Source of the DNA: Neocallimastix sp. 'constans'
Lineage: Eukaryota
Assembly: GCA_050613775.1 (NCBI GenBank)
Contig: JBODTK010000101.1
Span: forward strand, 558,001-608,069
Reading direction: 5' to 3'
DNA length: 50,069 nucleotides
A model generated the notes under the pieces. That model was given only the letters and a program-made list of their open reading frames with translations. It was not told the DNA's origin and did not search any database. A program made the position numbers and the translations under genes. This document shows positions 28,232-39,673 of the stretch, piece by piece (positions within the stretch are counted from its first letter, which is position 1; every line of letters begins with the position of its first letter).

Positions 28232-28609
28232 AATTAAATGTTACATAACATTGAAATTAACTGAACATTAAAGAATAAATATATTTATTAATAAATAAAT
28301 TAGTTTTATAATAGAAAAATAAAATTTTAAAAATATTATTAATTATTTATTAAATAGTAATCAGTAATATAATCATATATATATATATTATATATATATA
28401 TTATATATGGAAAGAAAGTAAAGATAGTAGTAATATGAATAATAATAATGAGAATAGAATGATAGAATAATTCATATTGAAATTAAAACTCAAATGAATT
28501 TTATTTTTTATTTTAAGAATTTATTTTTTTATTTTATTTTATTTTATTTTATTTTTTTTTTATTGTTTTTTTTTTTTATTGTTTTTTTTTTTTTTTTTTT
28601 TTTTTTGTT

Positions 28610-28845
28610 AATATTATATATGAGTTTAATAATTGGCAGAAAATATTTGTAAAATAACTTTTTTTTTTGTTAATAATAATATAAATATGCATTTAATAAT
28701 TTGTATAATTACTTTTTTTTTTGTTAATAATAATATAGATATGCATTTAATAATTTGAAAAATAACTTTTTTTCTTGTTATTAATATATATATGAGTTTA
28801 ATAATTGGCAGAAAATATTTGTAAAATAACTTTTTTTTTGTTATA
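28610..28845. repeat. Local tandem repeats (about 57-bp unit)
   Basis: ATATGAGTTTAATAATTGGCAGAAAATATTTGTAAAATAACTTTTTTTTTG and variants (ATATGCATTTAATAATTTG) are repeated. Confidence 0.6.
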
Positions 28846-30474
28846 TTACAAGAACATAATAATTACTTATTTTCTTTCTTTCAATTTATAATTTATATAT
28901 TAAAATGGGAAAGCCATATATAACTATTTAATATTAATAATGAAATACATATTTATTTATTACGATTTATTTCCATTATTAGTTAGATAATACTAAATAT
29001 ATTTTCTATAAAAATCCTTCATGGTATTATACTGCTAAATTAAAAAAATTGTACAACTAATATATCGAAAAATTTACAATATAATATTACTTTTATGTTA
29101 TTTGTTAAAATTGTTACAGGTAGATTTAGAGTTGCAATATTTAAGACTGAGTAGTTCCAGATACAACTGTAGATGATGTATTTAATTGTAGCCAGATTAA
29201 GGTTAGAATATTACCATGGGGTTTTCTAAAGTGTTTCTTTCATATTTAATGATATTTTCTAGGCTTAACTAGGATGGAGTTTATATGTGAGTCAAGTACG
29301 ATTAACAGATTGATTACACTTGATCTGAGGGGATTGTATCGTTGACCATTCCCAAAGATAAAACAAGGAGATCTCTAGCAAAAGACGCACACTTGAACAC
29401 GCCTTTAAAGGAAAGTCATGCTTCATTAGCCTTGTCTAGGGATTGAATCGTATTGAAGCTGAAACAATAAGGAAATATATAGTAGATAATTATTTTAATT
29501 ATCTACTATCATACCTAAAGAGGTTTTTCCCTCTATACTCATTATTTTTCAGTCTTTAAAAAAAAATTAATTATTGTTAAAACTTCAATTTAAATAAAAT
29601 TGATGTATAAATTATTACAGACATAGTAAATAATAATATTATTCATATTTAATAATTATCATAAGAAATTATCTATGAATAAAAAAAAATTATGCGTCTT
29701 TTTCTCATTATATACATTAAAAAGATAATCATATCAAACATTGAAAAATTTTTATATATTTCTAATAAAATGAAAATCAAAATAAAAGAATTAGACTAAA
29801 TTAATATAAAGGAAGAAAGAAGAAATTCAAACAGAAAATTTAAAATTCACATATATTATCAATCATTGATAAGTAAAAATCTATATTATAACATTAATTA
29901 TAAATAAGTACAACCAGAAGTGCAATGAAAATCCATTTATAATTCTTAATCAATAATCCAGTTTATTGTTCATTATTCAAATAAATACTTTATAAAATGA
30001 AGAATAAGAAATAGCATTTTTTATATAATATTTAAAAAGTATTTTGATAGTACAATTATAAAGTTTAAATTTTTTTTTAACTATAAAAGAAAAATATTAC
30101 AATATATAAACCTAAAAATAAGCTTTTTCTTAATATATAAAATATTTATATATATATCTATTTACTAATTCATCATTATTATAGATAAAATTATTCCATT
30201 ATTATTCTCTTTAATATTATTTCATTCCAGTCTTTTTTCTTTTTTTTTTTTTTTTTTTAATATTGTATTATTATTATTTTTTAATACTAAAAATTCAAAT
30301 TTCATTTTTATATAATAAATAATTAATAATATTACTATTATTTTCATTATATAATTATTAATATATCATTTTAGTAATAATTTAAAGAAAAAGTTTTAAC
30401 TATATTAATTTTACTATAATTTAATAAAAAAAATTAAAAATTAATAAAAATTAAAATTTTAATTAATAATTATT

Positions 30475-30508
<34 letters not shown>

Positions 30509-30763
30509 AAAGAAAAAAATGTCAAATATTAAATTATAAAAATTATAAATCGATATATAGTTTAAATTTTTTAATTTTTGTGATATTATATCATTATATC
30601 TTTAATATTATTATTTTATTTATATATTTATTTATATATTAATTCATTTACTTTTTTTTTTTTTTTAAAGAAGTACCAACGAAATTCATTTATTTCATTT
30701 AAAAGTTTATAATTTATCATAAATATAGTTAAAAATAAAAAAAAAAAAGTATAAAAAATAAAA

Positions 30764-31096
30764 ATGACCCAAACTATTAAAATTTTACCACAATATATTT
30801 GTCAAAATGATTTTCCTTTAGATTTTTCCATATCTAAAGAAAAAGCTTTTGCTTCTGCCGAAGTATCGAACAACCCCGATCAAAAATTGACTTCATCTTT
30901 AGAAAATTCAAAACCACCTTCTTTCTGGATTTCAAAGTATCAAGAAAATGAACAAGCAATTCATGGTAAAGTTAATGTTATTTTCAATAAAGGAAATGAA
31001 GTTCCGACTTTAGATGCAAAACCAGAATTTAATGTTAAATGGATAAATTCAGTAAGTTTATTCAATTTAATATTTATATATTAATAATAGTATTTT

Positions 31097-31141
<45 letters not shown>

Positions 31142-31333
31142 AATTCAATACATATTTAAATACATATATATTAATAACATTATTAATACTTTTCATTTTT
31201 ATTATAATTTGTATTAAAAAAAAAAAATATTAAAAGAACTCATTTGAAATTGATGATAATGACAAAAAAATTATAATGAAATCCTATGATAAAAATTACA
31301 AAATTCAAAATAAAAATGTAAAGATTTGCCTTT

Positions 31334-31367
<34 letters not shown>

Positions 31368-31752
31368 TAATTACACTTTTAAAAATATTAATTACTGAAA
31401 TGTTTATTAAATGTAATCATTTGTTTATTTATATGTAAAAACAATATAGATAAATTCAATTGACATTTCTCCATTAGAATCTTTAATGGTAACTGGTGAA
31501 GATGATTCTGTTATAAAATTAATTGAAATTGATACTGGAAATATAAGAGTAATAAATTCATTCTATTATTATAATTTTTGTTATATTTTAAAATACTATA
31601 TAAGTATAGTACATTATAATTGCACATAAAATAATTTTATTCTAAATGTATAATCCATTAGATTAAAATTTGTTAAATTTAATTCTTTTCACTTTTAATA
31701 ATATTTGTTTTAAATATTAATATTTCATTATCATTATTAAATTTTAATAATG

Positions 31753-31792
<40 letters not shown>

Positions 31793-32943
31793 TTATCAAA
31801 TTTTCTCTCTCTATATATATATATATATTTTATCTAATTATTAATTTTAATATTATTATTCGTAATGATAAAGAGAATTTTTGAAGGTCATTATGGTGAT
31901 ATAACAAAGGTACGTTTCTTCCCTTCAGGACAAGTATTATTAACAGCAGCTACAGATTTACAAATTAAAATTTGGTCAGTTCTTGATGGAAGTTGCCCAG
32001 TAACTTTAAAAGGACATTCTAGAGGTATTATGACAATGAAGATTAAAATTTTATATTAATTTATTTAATAAGTTTTTTTAAAAAAGCTTATTATTAAATA
32101 TAACAAATTAAATTTAATAAGCAAAGTATTATTAAAAAAATAATAATAATAAAAAAAATAAAAAATAAAAAAAAAAAAACATTACTAACTGTTAACATCA
32201 TGACATATAATAAATTATATTTAATAATATAATATATCATTTATATTTCGTAATACTTTATCCAAAAAAAAAAAAAAAAAAAGCAATCACCGATACCGCT
32301 ATTATTTCAAGAGGAAGAAATGTTTTATGTAAATTTAAATTAATACTTTTAATATATAATTAGATTTAATATATAATAAATGCTGTTGTTGTTGTTGTTA
32401 ACATTAACAGTATAAAAAATTTTTTTTATATTTTAATTTTTATTAATATATTATTATTATTATTTTTTTTTTTCAATAATTTAATGATTCAATAAAATAT
32501 TTTATAATTTTTTTTTTTCTTTTATTTTATTTTGTTTTATTTTATTTTATTTTATTTAGCTTCATCAAAGGATGGTTCTATTCGTTTATGGGAATGTGGT
32601 TCTTCATCAACCATTAGAAAAGTTTGTCAATTAGATAAAGCAATTAATAAAATGGCTTTAGGAGAAATTAATAAAGATTATGCCAATTCTCATCCATCTC
32701 CAGAAGTCACACTTGATAGTAGAGAAGTTGAAACTAAAGGTAAAATTGTTTTTGCGTTAACTGATACTAGTTTCTATGGTTATGATTTAGGTCAACCCGA
32801 TAAGGAACCTATTTTTGTTGGTCATCAATCCGTTGATTCTGCCCCATTCTCTGCTATTGCCTATGATAGTGAAAATAATCGAGTATATGTTGGTAATGAA
32901 GAAGGTGTTGTTTCTATCTGGGATTTAAATGATTTATCGTATG

Positions 32944-33009
<66 letters not shown>

Positions 33010-33101
33010 TAGTTAATATTAATATTATTATTAATATTAATTTTTTTAAACTAATTGAAAATAATTAATATATAAATACGTATATAATAATATTTATTAA
33101 T

Positions 33102-33132
<31 letters not shown>

Positions 33133-33425
33133 ATTATTTTCTTATATAATTAAATATATATATATATATATATAAATATAGAAAACCATTTAAACTTTTT
33201 AAACGTAATAATACAACTATTACTTCATTACATGTCATTAATAAGGATGATTTATTAGTTACTCAAGGTGATGGACAACTTTATCTTTGTGAAATAAATA
33301 ATCTCACTATTAAAAAAGAATATGTAGGTAGTGATCTTGAGCCATGGTATGATGTAAATATTACACCATCAGGAACGATTATTGCCGGTGGTAGAAATGG
33401 ACTTTTACAAAAATATACTCTTTAA
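30764..33425 (+). CDS. RPN14: WD40-repeat proteasome regulatory-particle assembly chaperone (Rpn14/PAAF1 homolog)
   Basis: Manual model join(30764..31051,31237..31317,31450..31548,31874..32024,32284..32328,32560..32938,33182..33425), all introns GT-AG and in frame. The stretch FEGHYGDITKVRFFPSGQVLLTAATDLQIKIWS..GHSRAITDTAIISRGRNVLSSSKDGSIRLWECG matches the PAAF1/Rpn14 signature. Confidence 0.88.
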
Positions 33426-33834
33426 GTATTTTATTTTATTTTTGTTTTTAATTTTTTTTTTTTTTTCTAAAATAAAGTAAAAATAAAAATAAAAATAAAA
33501 ATAAAAAAAATAAAAAAAAAAAAAAAAAAAAAATAAAAAAAATTAAATCAAACTAAACCAAAACAAATGAACTAATATATATATATATATATATATATGA
33601 ATTAATCGAGTAATCCATACAAATTTTATAATAATAAAAAAAAAAAAAAAAAAAAAAAATTAAAATAATATAATAAAAATAGGTCAATAAATAATAATTA
33701 TTATCATTTATTATTTTTAATAATATTGTAATATTAATAAATTAAAAAATTATCAAAATAAAATTTATTATTAATAAATATATAAAAAAAGAAAAAAAAA
33801 AATTATCAAAATAAAATTTATTATTAATAAATAT

Positions 33835-34089
33835 TATTATTTAATTAAAGTTATTTTATTTAAAATATATTTTATTTATTTATTTATATATGAAAATATA
33901 TAAAGGTAATTACGAAGATTTAAAGAGAAAATTTACATGTATTTATACTAATTATGTGGCTTGTTCTAGACTAAAATTAATTTATACATTAATTTATACA
34001 TTTGATTTAAATCATTGTTTTATATTATTATTTATATTTTTTAAATTATTCATTTATTAAATTTTGTTTCTAGATTAGATATAATAGCA
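33835..34089 (-). repeat. 3' LTR of the copia element
   Basis: Direct repeat of 38417-38671; reads TGCTAT...ATAATA on the minus strand. Confidence 0.95.
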
Positions 34090-34099
34090 TTCCCCCCTC
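34090..34099 (-). other. Polypurine tract (PPT)
   Basis: GAGGGGGGAA on the minus strand, immediately before the 3' LTR. Confidence 0.9.
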
Positions 34100-34149
34100 A
34101 AACTAAATTTTACAAAATAAAATTAAGTTTGGTTAATAAGTATCCATCG

Positions 34150-37100
34150 TTAATTTTCCGAAAATATTTTGTCTGTAAACTTCTTCATTTTGGGGCCATT
34201 TACATTTTTGGTTAAAACATCAGCAAGCATTTCTTCAGTGTTTTTGTACATTAACTTGATCTTCCTATTTATTATATTATCTCTATTGAAGTGATATTTG
34301 ATAGCTATATGTTTTAATTTGGTATTCACTTCACCATTCTCGATACTCTTCTTGCTGGCCATGTTGTCTGTAAATATGGTTACGGAATGATTGTAGTTGA
34401 ATAATTCTTCTAAGATATTTCTAATCCACAAGACTTTCTTAGTACATTCGGACGTGCTAATGTACTCAGCCTCAGCGGTGGACGTTGCCACAACGGATTG
34501 TTTCTTACTATGCCACGAAATAGCAGATTTTCCCATGAGGATTAAACAGCCAGAAGTAGATTTTCTATCCTTGGTGTCACCAGCAAAATCTGCATCACAA
34601 TATGCATTGATATCACCTAACCCATCATATTTAATTTTAAAATTTTTTGTTGAATTTAAATATTTAAAAATATTTAAAACTTTTTTCCAATCAGATAATT
34701 TTGGATTTTCGCAGTTTCTTGATGCATAATGCACTGCGAATGAGATATCTGGCCTTGTTGATTTTGCCAAGTATATTAATGATCCAATAGCACTTTTGTA
34801 TACTGTTATGTCGAAATTTGGATCATTATTTAATTTGTTATTAACTCCAGTACATGGTGTTTTACATTTTTTAATATTTTTTATATTATAATTGTTTAAT
34901 AAATTTTCGATAAAATTTTTTTGAGAAATATAATATGAATTATTATAAAATTCAATTTTAATTCCTAAAATATAATTTATATTTCCTGATTTAGAAATTT
35001 TAAATTTTAATTTTATTTTATTGACAATATCGTTGATCTCTTGAATAGTTCCAGTAATCAACATATCGTCCACATATAAGCCAATTATGCATAATAAATT
35101 GGCCTTTGAATATTTTTTAAAGATGCATGGTTCTGATTTTAATTTATCAAAACCATTTTGGGTTAAGAAAGAAGATATAGTCTCATACCATTGTCTTCCA
35201 GACTGTTTGAGACCATAAAGTGCTTTATTCAAGCGCCAAAAACCTTTCTTATAATTAGCGTCACCTGGAGGTATAGTTGTGTATATTACTTTATCCAGGT
35301 TTGCATTTAAATAGGCCGCTTTAATATCCAATTGATGGATATTCCACTTTAATTTGGCGGCCAAAGCGATAATCAATTTTATGCTATCGCTATTTAAGGT
35401 GGGGGAATAGGTTAATTCATAATCTATTCCTTCCTTTTGATTGAAGCCTCTTGCGACCAATCTAGCCTTATATTTTTCAATAAGGTTTTGGTCGTTAAGC
35501 TTTATGTTGAATACCCATTTAGTGGTTATAACAGTGCTACCCTCCGGTACCTTTTGGACGAACGTCATGATATTATTGCTGTAAAGGTTATCCAGCTCAT
35601 CATAGATGGCTTGGATCCATTTATCTTTATCAGCTGAATTCATGGCCATTCGGAAGGTGAGTGGTGGAGAGGTGGTGATTGATAAGACCATATCACTGTC
35701 ATGAAATGAGCTTTGAGCACGTGTCCAATCCAAATTATACACGACACGTGACTGAATATCAAAGGGTATGGAAATGTTGTGTAACCCCTTTTCCACGTCA
35801 TTTTGAGAAACTTTCGTGGAATTAATATTTACTTCATCACGTGACTCGTAAACAGGAAATGCATCACCAAACATAGAATTATGTTCCGAAGGGGAGTTCA
35901 AGTCGAAGGGAAGATTCACAAAGAGTGTATGATCAGAGTCTCTGGAGAACTCAGGTAGATCCGTAAATTTATCTTCAAAGAAAGTTTCCTCTCTTGTTGA
36001 AACAACTTTATGGGAGCGGCAGTTAATAATAATGTAAGAGTTTGAGAAAGTATTGATGCCCAGGAAGATACCTTTGTCGGAGTTTTCATTTAGTTTGGAG
36101 GCCTTATCTTGAAGGTTGTTATGATAAGCAATACAACCAAAGACCTTAATTTTAGATAGATTAACTCTTTTACAATAAAAGAGCTCATTTGGGATATTAT
36201 TTTGGATGCTACTATGAGGAGTAATATTGTATAAAATAGTAGCATAAACGAGAGCAAAATCCCAAAATTTAATATTTAAATTAGCTTTGAACAAAATGGT
36301 TTTTATACAATTAATAATTGTTTGATTAAATCTTTCTTCAATTCCATTATTTTGAGGATTATATGGAGGAGAGAAAGATTTAATAATACCATTTTGTTTG
36401 CAAAACTTTTGTACCTTTTTATTTTTATATTCTTTAGCGTTGTCGGATTTAAAATATTTAACGCTATAATTATTAAAGTGATTAAAAAGGTACTTAAAAA
36501 AATAAATGATAACATTTGTAGCCTCAGACTTTTCCTTAAGAAGGAAGGTCCAAGATTTTCTACAATGTTCATCAATGAAAGAAATGAAATATTTCTTTCC
36601 TGTAACTGAGGTTTCAAGAGGTCCAACTATACCTGAATGAATGACCTCAAGATTATCAGAAGCCCGGGGAGGAATTTTATTATGGGGGCTTCTCTTTAAT
36701 TTGCAAATACTGCACTCAGGGCAGTTATTTACAAGAGTGTTGTGATCTGAAAGATATGTGAAAATATCTTTATTGTAGAAATGGCCTAATCTGTTATGCC
36801 ATAACTGCAGATCACTATTATTATTGTCCTCAAGGTTTGATAAAATATTAGATCCCTGTAAAATTGGGATTCTAATAATATTATCTTGGTTATAAAAATA
36901 ACCTAAGGTTGAGTTATCCTTAGAGGATGATAATTTAACGAAGATTTTATTATCTATAGTTCCAGTACTAAAGAGAATACCTTCGGAGGCTAATTTAATT
37001 CCACTAATAAGGTTCTTATTTACATTCTTGGAATAAAGAACTCTATTTAAGGTAACCGGAAAATTGTTAATGATACCATGAAAAGTACCATAACCCTCAA

Positions 37101-37350
37101 AGGTACAGGTGGTGTTGTTGGCACATCGTAGAACCATCTTGTTTGGAACGAAATTAGAAAGTAAAGACTTATCCCTTGTGATGTGTTCACAAGCACCGGT
37201 GTCAAGGGTCCATAGAGATGACTTGGTGTTTGTCACATGATCAATACCATTTTGTGTAATTGGATCACGTGAATATTGGTCACAATTTTGACACAAAACA
37301 TTTAAGTTTTGTCCTTGGAGAAACGTTTCCAATGTTAAACTCAGAAGTTT
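34150..37350 (-). CDS. pol: Copia Pol (protease, integrase, reverse transcriptase, RNase H); no ATG of its own, in +1 frame relative to gag
   Basis: Protease WTLDTGACEH; integrase HHCC (WHNRLGH..CPEC) and core (SDNAKEY, NNGIEER); RT (KARLVARG, LYGLKQSGRQW, YVDD); RNase H (YCDADFAG, STAEAEY, ADVLTK). Confidence 0.95.
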   Translation of the reverse strand, partial: KLLSLTLETFLQGQNLNVLCQNCDQYSRDPITQNGIDHVTNTKSSLWTLDTGACEHITRDKSLLSNFVPNKMVLRCANNTTCTFEGYGTFHGIINNFPVTLNRVLYSKNVNKNLISGIKLASEGILFSTGTIDNKIFVKLSSSKDNSTLGYFYNQDNIIRIPILQGSNILSNLEDNNNSDLQLWHNRLGHFYNKDIFTYLSDHNTLVNNCPECSICKLKRSPHNKIPPRASDNLEVIHSGIVGPLETSVTGKKYFISFIDEHCRKSWTFLLKEKSEATNVIIYFFKYLFNHFNNYSVKYFKSDNAKEYKNKKVQKFCKQNGIIKSFSPPYNPQNNGIEERFNQTIINCIKTILFKANLNIKFWDFALVYATILYNITPHSSIQNNIPNELFYCKRVNLSKIKVFGCIAYHNNLQDKASKLNENSDKGIFLGINTFSNSYIIINCRSHKVVSTREETFFEDKFTDLPEFSRDSDHTLFVNLPFDLNSPSEHNSMFGDAFPVYESRDEVNINSTKVSQNDVEKGLHNISIPFDIQSRVVYNLDWTRAQSSFHDSDMVLSITTSPPLTFRMAMNSADKDKWIQAIYDELDNLYSNNIMTFVQKVPEGSTVITTKWVFNIKLNDQNLIEKYKARLVARGFNQKEGIDYELTYSPTLNSDSIKLIIALAAKLKWNIHQLDIKAAYLNANLDKVIYTTIPPGDANYKKGFWRLNKALYGLKQSGRQWYETISSFLTQNGFDKLKSEPCIFKKYSKANLLCIIGLYVDDMLITGTIQEINDIVNKIKLKFKISKSGNINYILGIKIEFYNNSYYISQKNFIENLLNNYNIKNIKKCKTPCTGVNNKLNNDPNFDITVYKSAIGSLIYLAKSTRPDISFAVHYASRNCENPKLSDWKKVLNIFKYLNSTKNFKIKYDGLGDINAYCDADFAGDTKDRKSTSGCLILMGKSAISWHSKKQSVVATSTAEAEYISTSECTKKVLWIRNILEELFNYNHSVTIFTDNMASKKSIENGEVNTKLKHIAIKYHFNRDNIINRKIKLMYKNTEEMLADVLTKNVNGPKMKKFTDKIFSEN

Positions 37351-38362
37351 CTAGAAGGCCACGTGCAAACTTAAAATTATGTTCGTGATCCATAAAATGA
37401 CTGTCCATGGTGGCTGGTTCGAGACTATCCATGTCGTCTTTGAACTTGTTATTAATGTCTTCATAAGATAGGTTCTTGAATTTTTCAATATTGCTAAGAT
37501 TTTTCTTGTAATTCTTCTTCTTCTTGGAGTGATTTCCCTTGGTCTTCAGATTGTAACGGCATTCCTTGGTGGTGTGTCCGGTTATATCGCAGATATGACA
37601 GAACTTCCTTTTGTAATCATTGATATTATCAAGGTCCATTGGGTCGATCCTGACTTCGTTAACTGTCGGATTATTTTTAGGTTTATTGATGTTTCTTTTC
37701 GATTTGTAGTTGTAAAAAGTAACAGTGCCCTTAATTTCATTATAAAATGCAGTCGGGTCAATATTAGCTCTAGGCTTGAATTCTTTAGCAAGATCTCTTG
37801 GAAGGGCTTCTTGCATAATAATTAATTTTTCAAGATTATTAATACGTAGATTTGTGTCGTCTAACACATTAAAAATTTCAACAATTTCATTTAGAACGTC
37901 CATTACGTTTTGAACGTTCTTAGCCTTGAGATTATATATTCTGGCTAATAAGAGGCTATATTTTTCTTCTTCATCCCGATGATAGAGAAATTCTAATTTC
38001 TCGATTTTTTCTCGGGGATTATTAATGTTCTGAATGTACGTAAGTACTTTTTCAGTCACATTGGAGATAATAATTGAATTTACAGTGGCCTCTTTGGCTT
38101 CTGCCTCTTCCACTGTTTGGCGTATTCCTTGGACGATATTTCGCTGACGGGCAAGAGCTTCGTCATCCCTTTGATCTTGAGGTAACTGGGCCAATCGAGC
38201 AGCTTCATTCGCAGCATCGCGGAGATCACTTCTTGCGTTATTGACTACATCAATAGTAATGTAGTCACTAAGTCTTTCAGAACGTAAGTGGCTGGAAAGA
38301 AGAAGAAACCATTGATTGTAGTTTCTTCCATTAAGCTTAATTCCCAAATCGTATTTAGTCAT
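37280..38362 (-). CDS. gag: Copia Gag (360 aa)
   Basis: N-terminal KLNGRNYNQW motif and CCHC zinc knuckle CHICDITGHTTKEC; lies just downstream of the 5' LTR and PBS. Confidence 0.9.
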   Translation of the reverse strand: MTKYDLGIKLNGRNYNQWFLLLSSHLRSERLSDYITIDVVNNARSDLRDAANEAARLAQLPQDQRDDEALARQRNIVQGIRQTVEEAEAKEATVNSIIISNVTEKVLTYIQNINNPREKIEKLEFLYHRDEEEKYSLLLARIYNLKAKNVQNVMDVLNEIVEIFNVLDDTNLRINNLEKLIIMQEALPRDLAKEFKPRANIDPTAFYNEIKGTVTFYNYKSKRNINKPKNNPTVNEVRIDPMDLDNINDYKRKFCHICDITGHTTKECRYNLKTKGNHSKKKKNYKKNLSNIEKFKNLSYEDINNKFKDDMDSLEPATMDSHFMDHEHNFKFARGLLETSEFNIGNVSPRTKLKCFVSKL

Positions 38363-38401
38363 TGTTTTGCAGAAAAATAAAAATGTTTTCTTAATCTCAG
38401 A

Positions 38402-38416
38402 ATGAGACTCTTAATC
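38402..38416 (-). other. Primer-binding site complementary to a tRNA-Lys(CUU) anticodon stem-loop
   Basis: Minus-strand GATTAAGAGTCTCAT abuts the 5' LTR. Its complement ATGAGACTCTTAATC matches the eukaryotic tRNA-Lys(CUU) anticodon arm as I recall it. No TGG-type PBS is present. Confidence 0.75.
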
Positions 38417-38671
38417 TATTATTTAATTAAAGTTATTTTATTTAAAATATATTTTATTTATTTATTTATATATGAAAATATATAAAGGTAATTACGAAGA
38501 TTTAAAGAGAAAATTTACATGTATTTATACTAATTATGTGGCTTGTTCTAGACTAAAATTAATTTATACATTAATTTATACATTTGATTTAAATCATTGT
38601 TTTATATTATTATTTATATTTTTTAAATTATTCATTTATTAAATTTTGTTTCTAGATTAGATATAATAGCA
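38417..38671 (-). repeat. 5' LTR of the copia element
   Basis: Direct repeat of 33835-34089. Confidence 0.95.
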
Positions 38672-38682
38672 AATATATTTAA

Positions 38683-38717
<35 letters not shown>

Positions 38718-38724
38718 TATTAGT

Positions 38725-39037
38725 TATTATTTATTATTTATTATTATTTATTATTAATTATTTATTATTTAATATTTATTATTTATTATTTATTATTTAT
38801 TATTTATTATTATTTATTATTTATTATTTATTATTTATTATTTATTATTTATTATTTATTATTTATTATTTATTATTTATTATTTATTATTTATTATTTA
38901 TTATTTATTATTTATTATTTATTATTTATTATTAATTATTATTTAATTATTTATTATTTATTATTTATTATTTATTATTAATTATTATTTAATTATTTAT
39001 TATTTATTATTTATTATTTATTATTTATTATTATTTA
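38725..39037. repeat. (TTATTTA)n microsatellite
   Basis: Visible 7-bp tandem array. Confidence 0.85.
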
Positions 39038-39045
39038 CTTTGTGC

Positions 39046-39086
<41 letters not shown>

Positions 39087-39642
39087 TTAGAAATAAACTT
39101 TATTTAATAATATTTATTATAAAAAAAAAAATAAAACTTAAAAATAAAACATAAAAATAAAACATAAAAATAAAACATAAAAATAAAACATAAAAATAAA
39201 ACTTAAACATGAAATATATGAAATTTTTTACATTAATTTTTTTTAAAAAAAAAAAAAAAAAAAGTTTTGAGTTTCTAGGACGAAATGGTCACCAACACTA
39301 CCCAATTCAATGATGATAATTCCATAAGGATAGAAAAAAAAAAAAAAAAAATTATTATTATTATTAAAATTATTATTATTATTAAAATTATTATTATTCG
39401 AATCCTTTTCAAAATTTTCTTCTTTATACCGTATGTGAGAAAAAACTAAAAGAGACGAACCTATAGGCTCAACTGTAAGTATCCTGAATATAATAAGAGT
39501 ATTATTGGTTTTTTTTTTCGTACTAGATATATATGTGGAATATATATAAATTCGATACTCGTGTTGCCAAAGCCCGCCTAAATAGGATGGAAGATGACTT
39601 GTCCAGAAAAGAAACCATGTTCCTCACTGTTTATAGAGTAAA

Positions 39643-39673
<31 letters not shown>

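Larger units (their letters stand above)
33835..38671 (-). mobile_element. Full-length Ty1/copia LTR retrotransposon (4837 bp)
   Basis: 255-bp direct LTRs at 33835-34089 and 38417-38671, with no difference seen by eye. 5-bp TSD AATAT at 33830-33834 and 38672-38676. Domain order gag-PR-IN-RT-RNaseH; PPT present. Confidence 0.97.

Noticed and set aside
34397..37825. Plus-strand and alternate-frame ORFs inside the copia element
   Set aside because: Shadows of gag and pol with no recognisable motifs.
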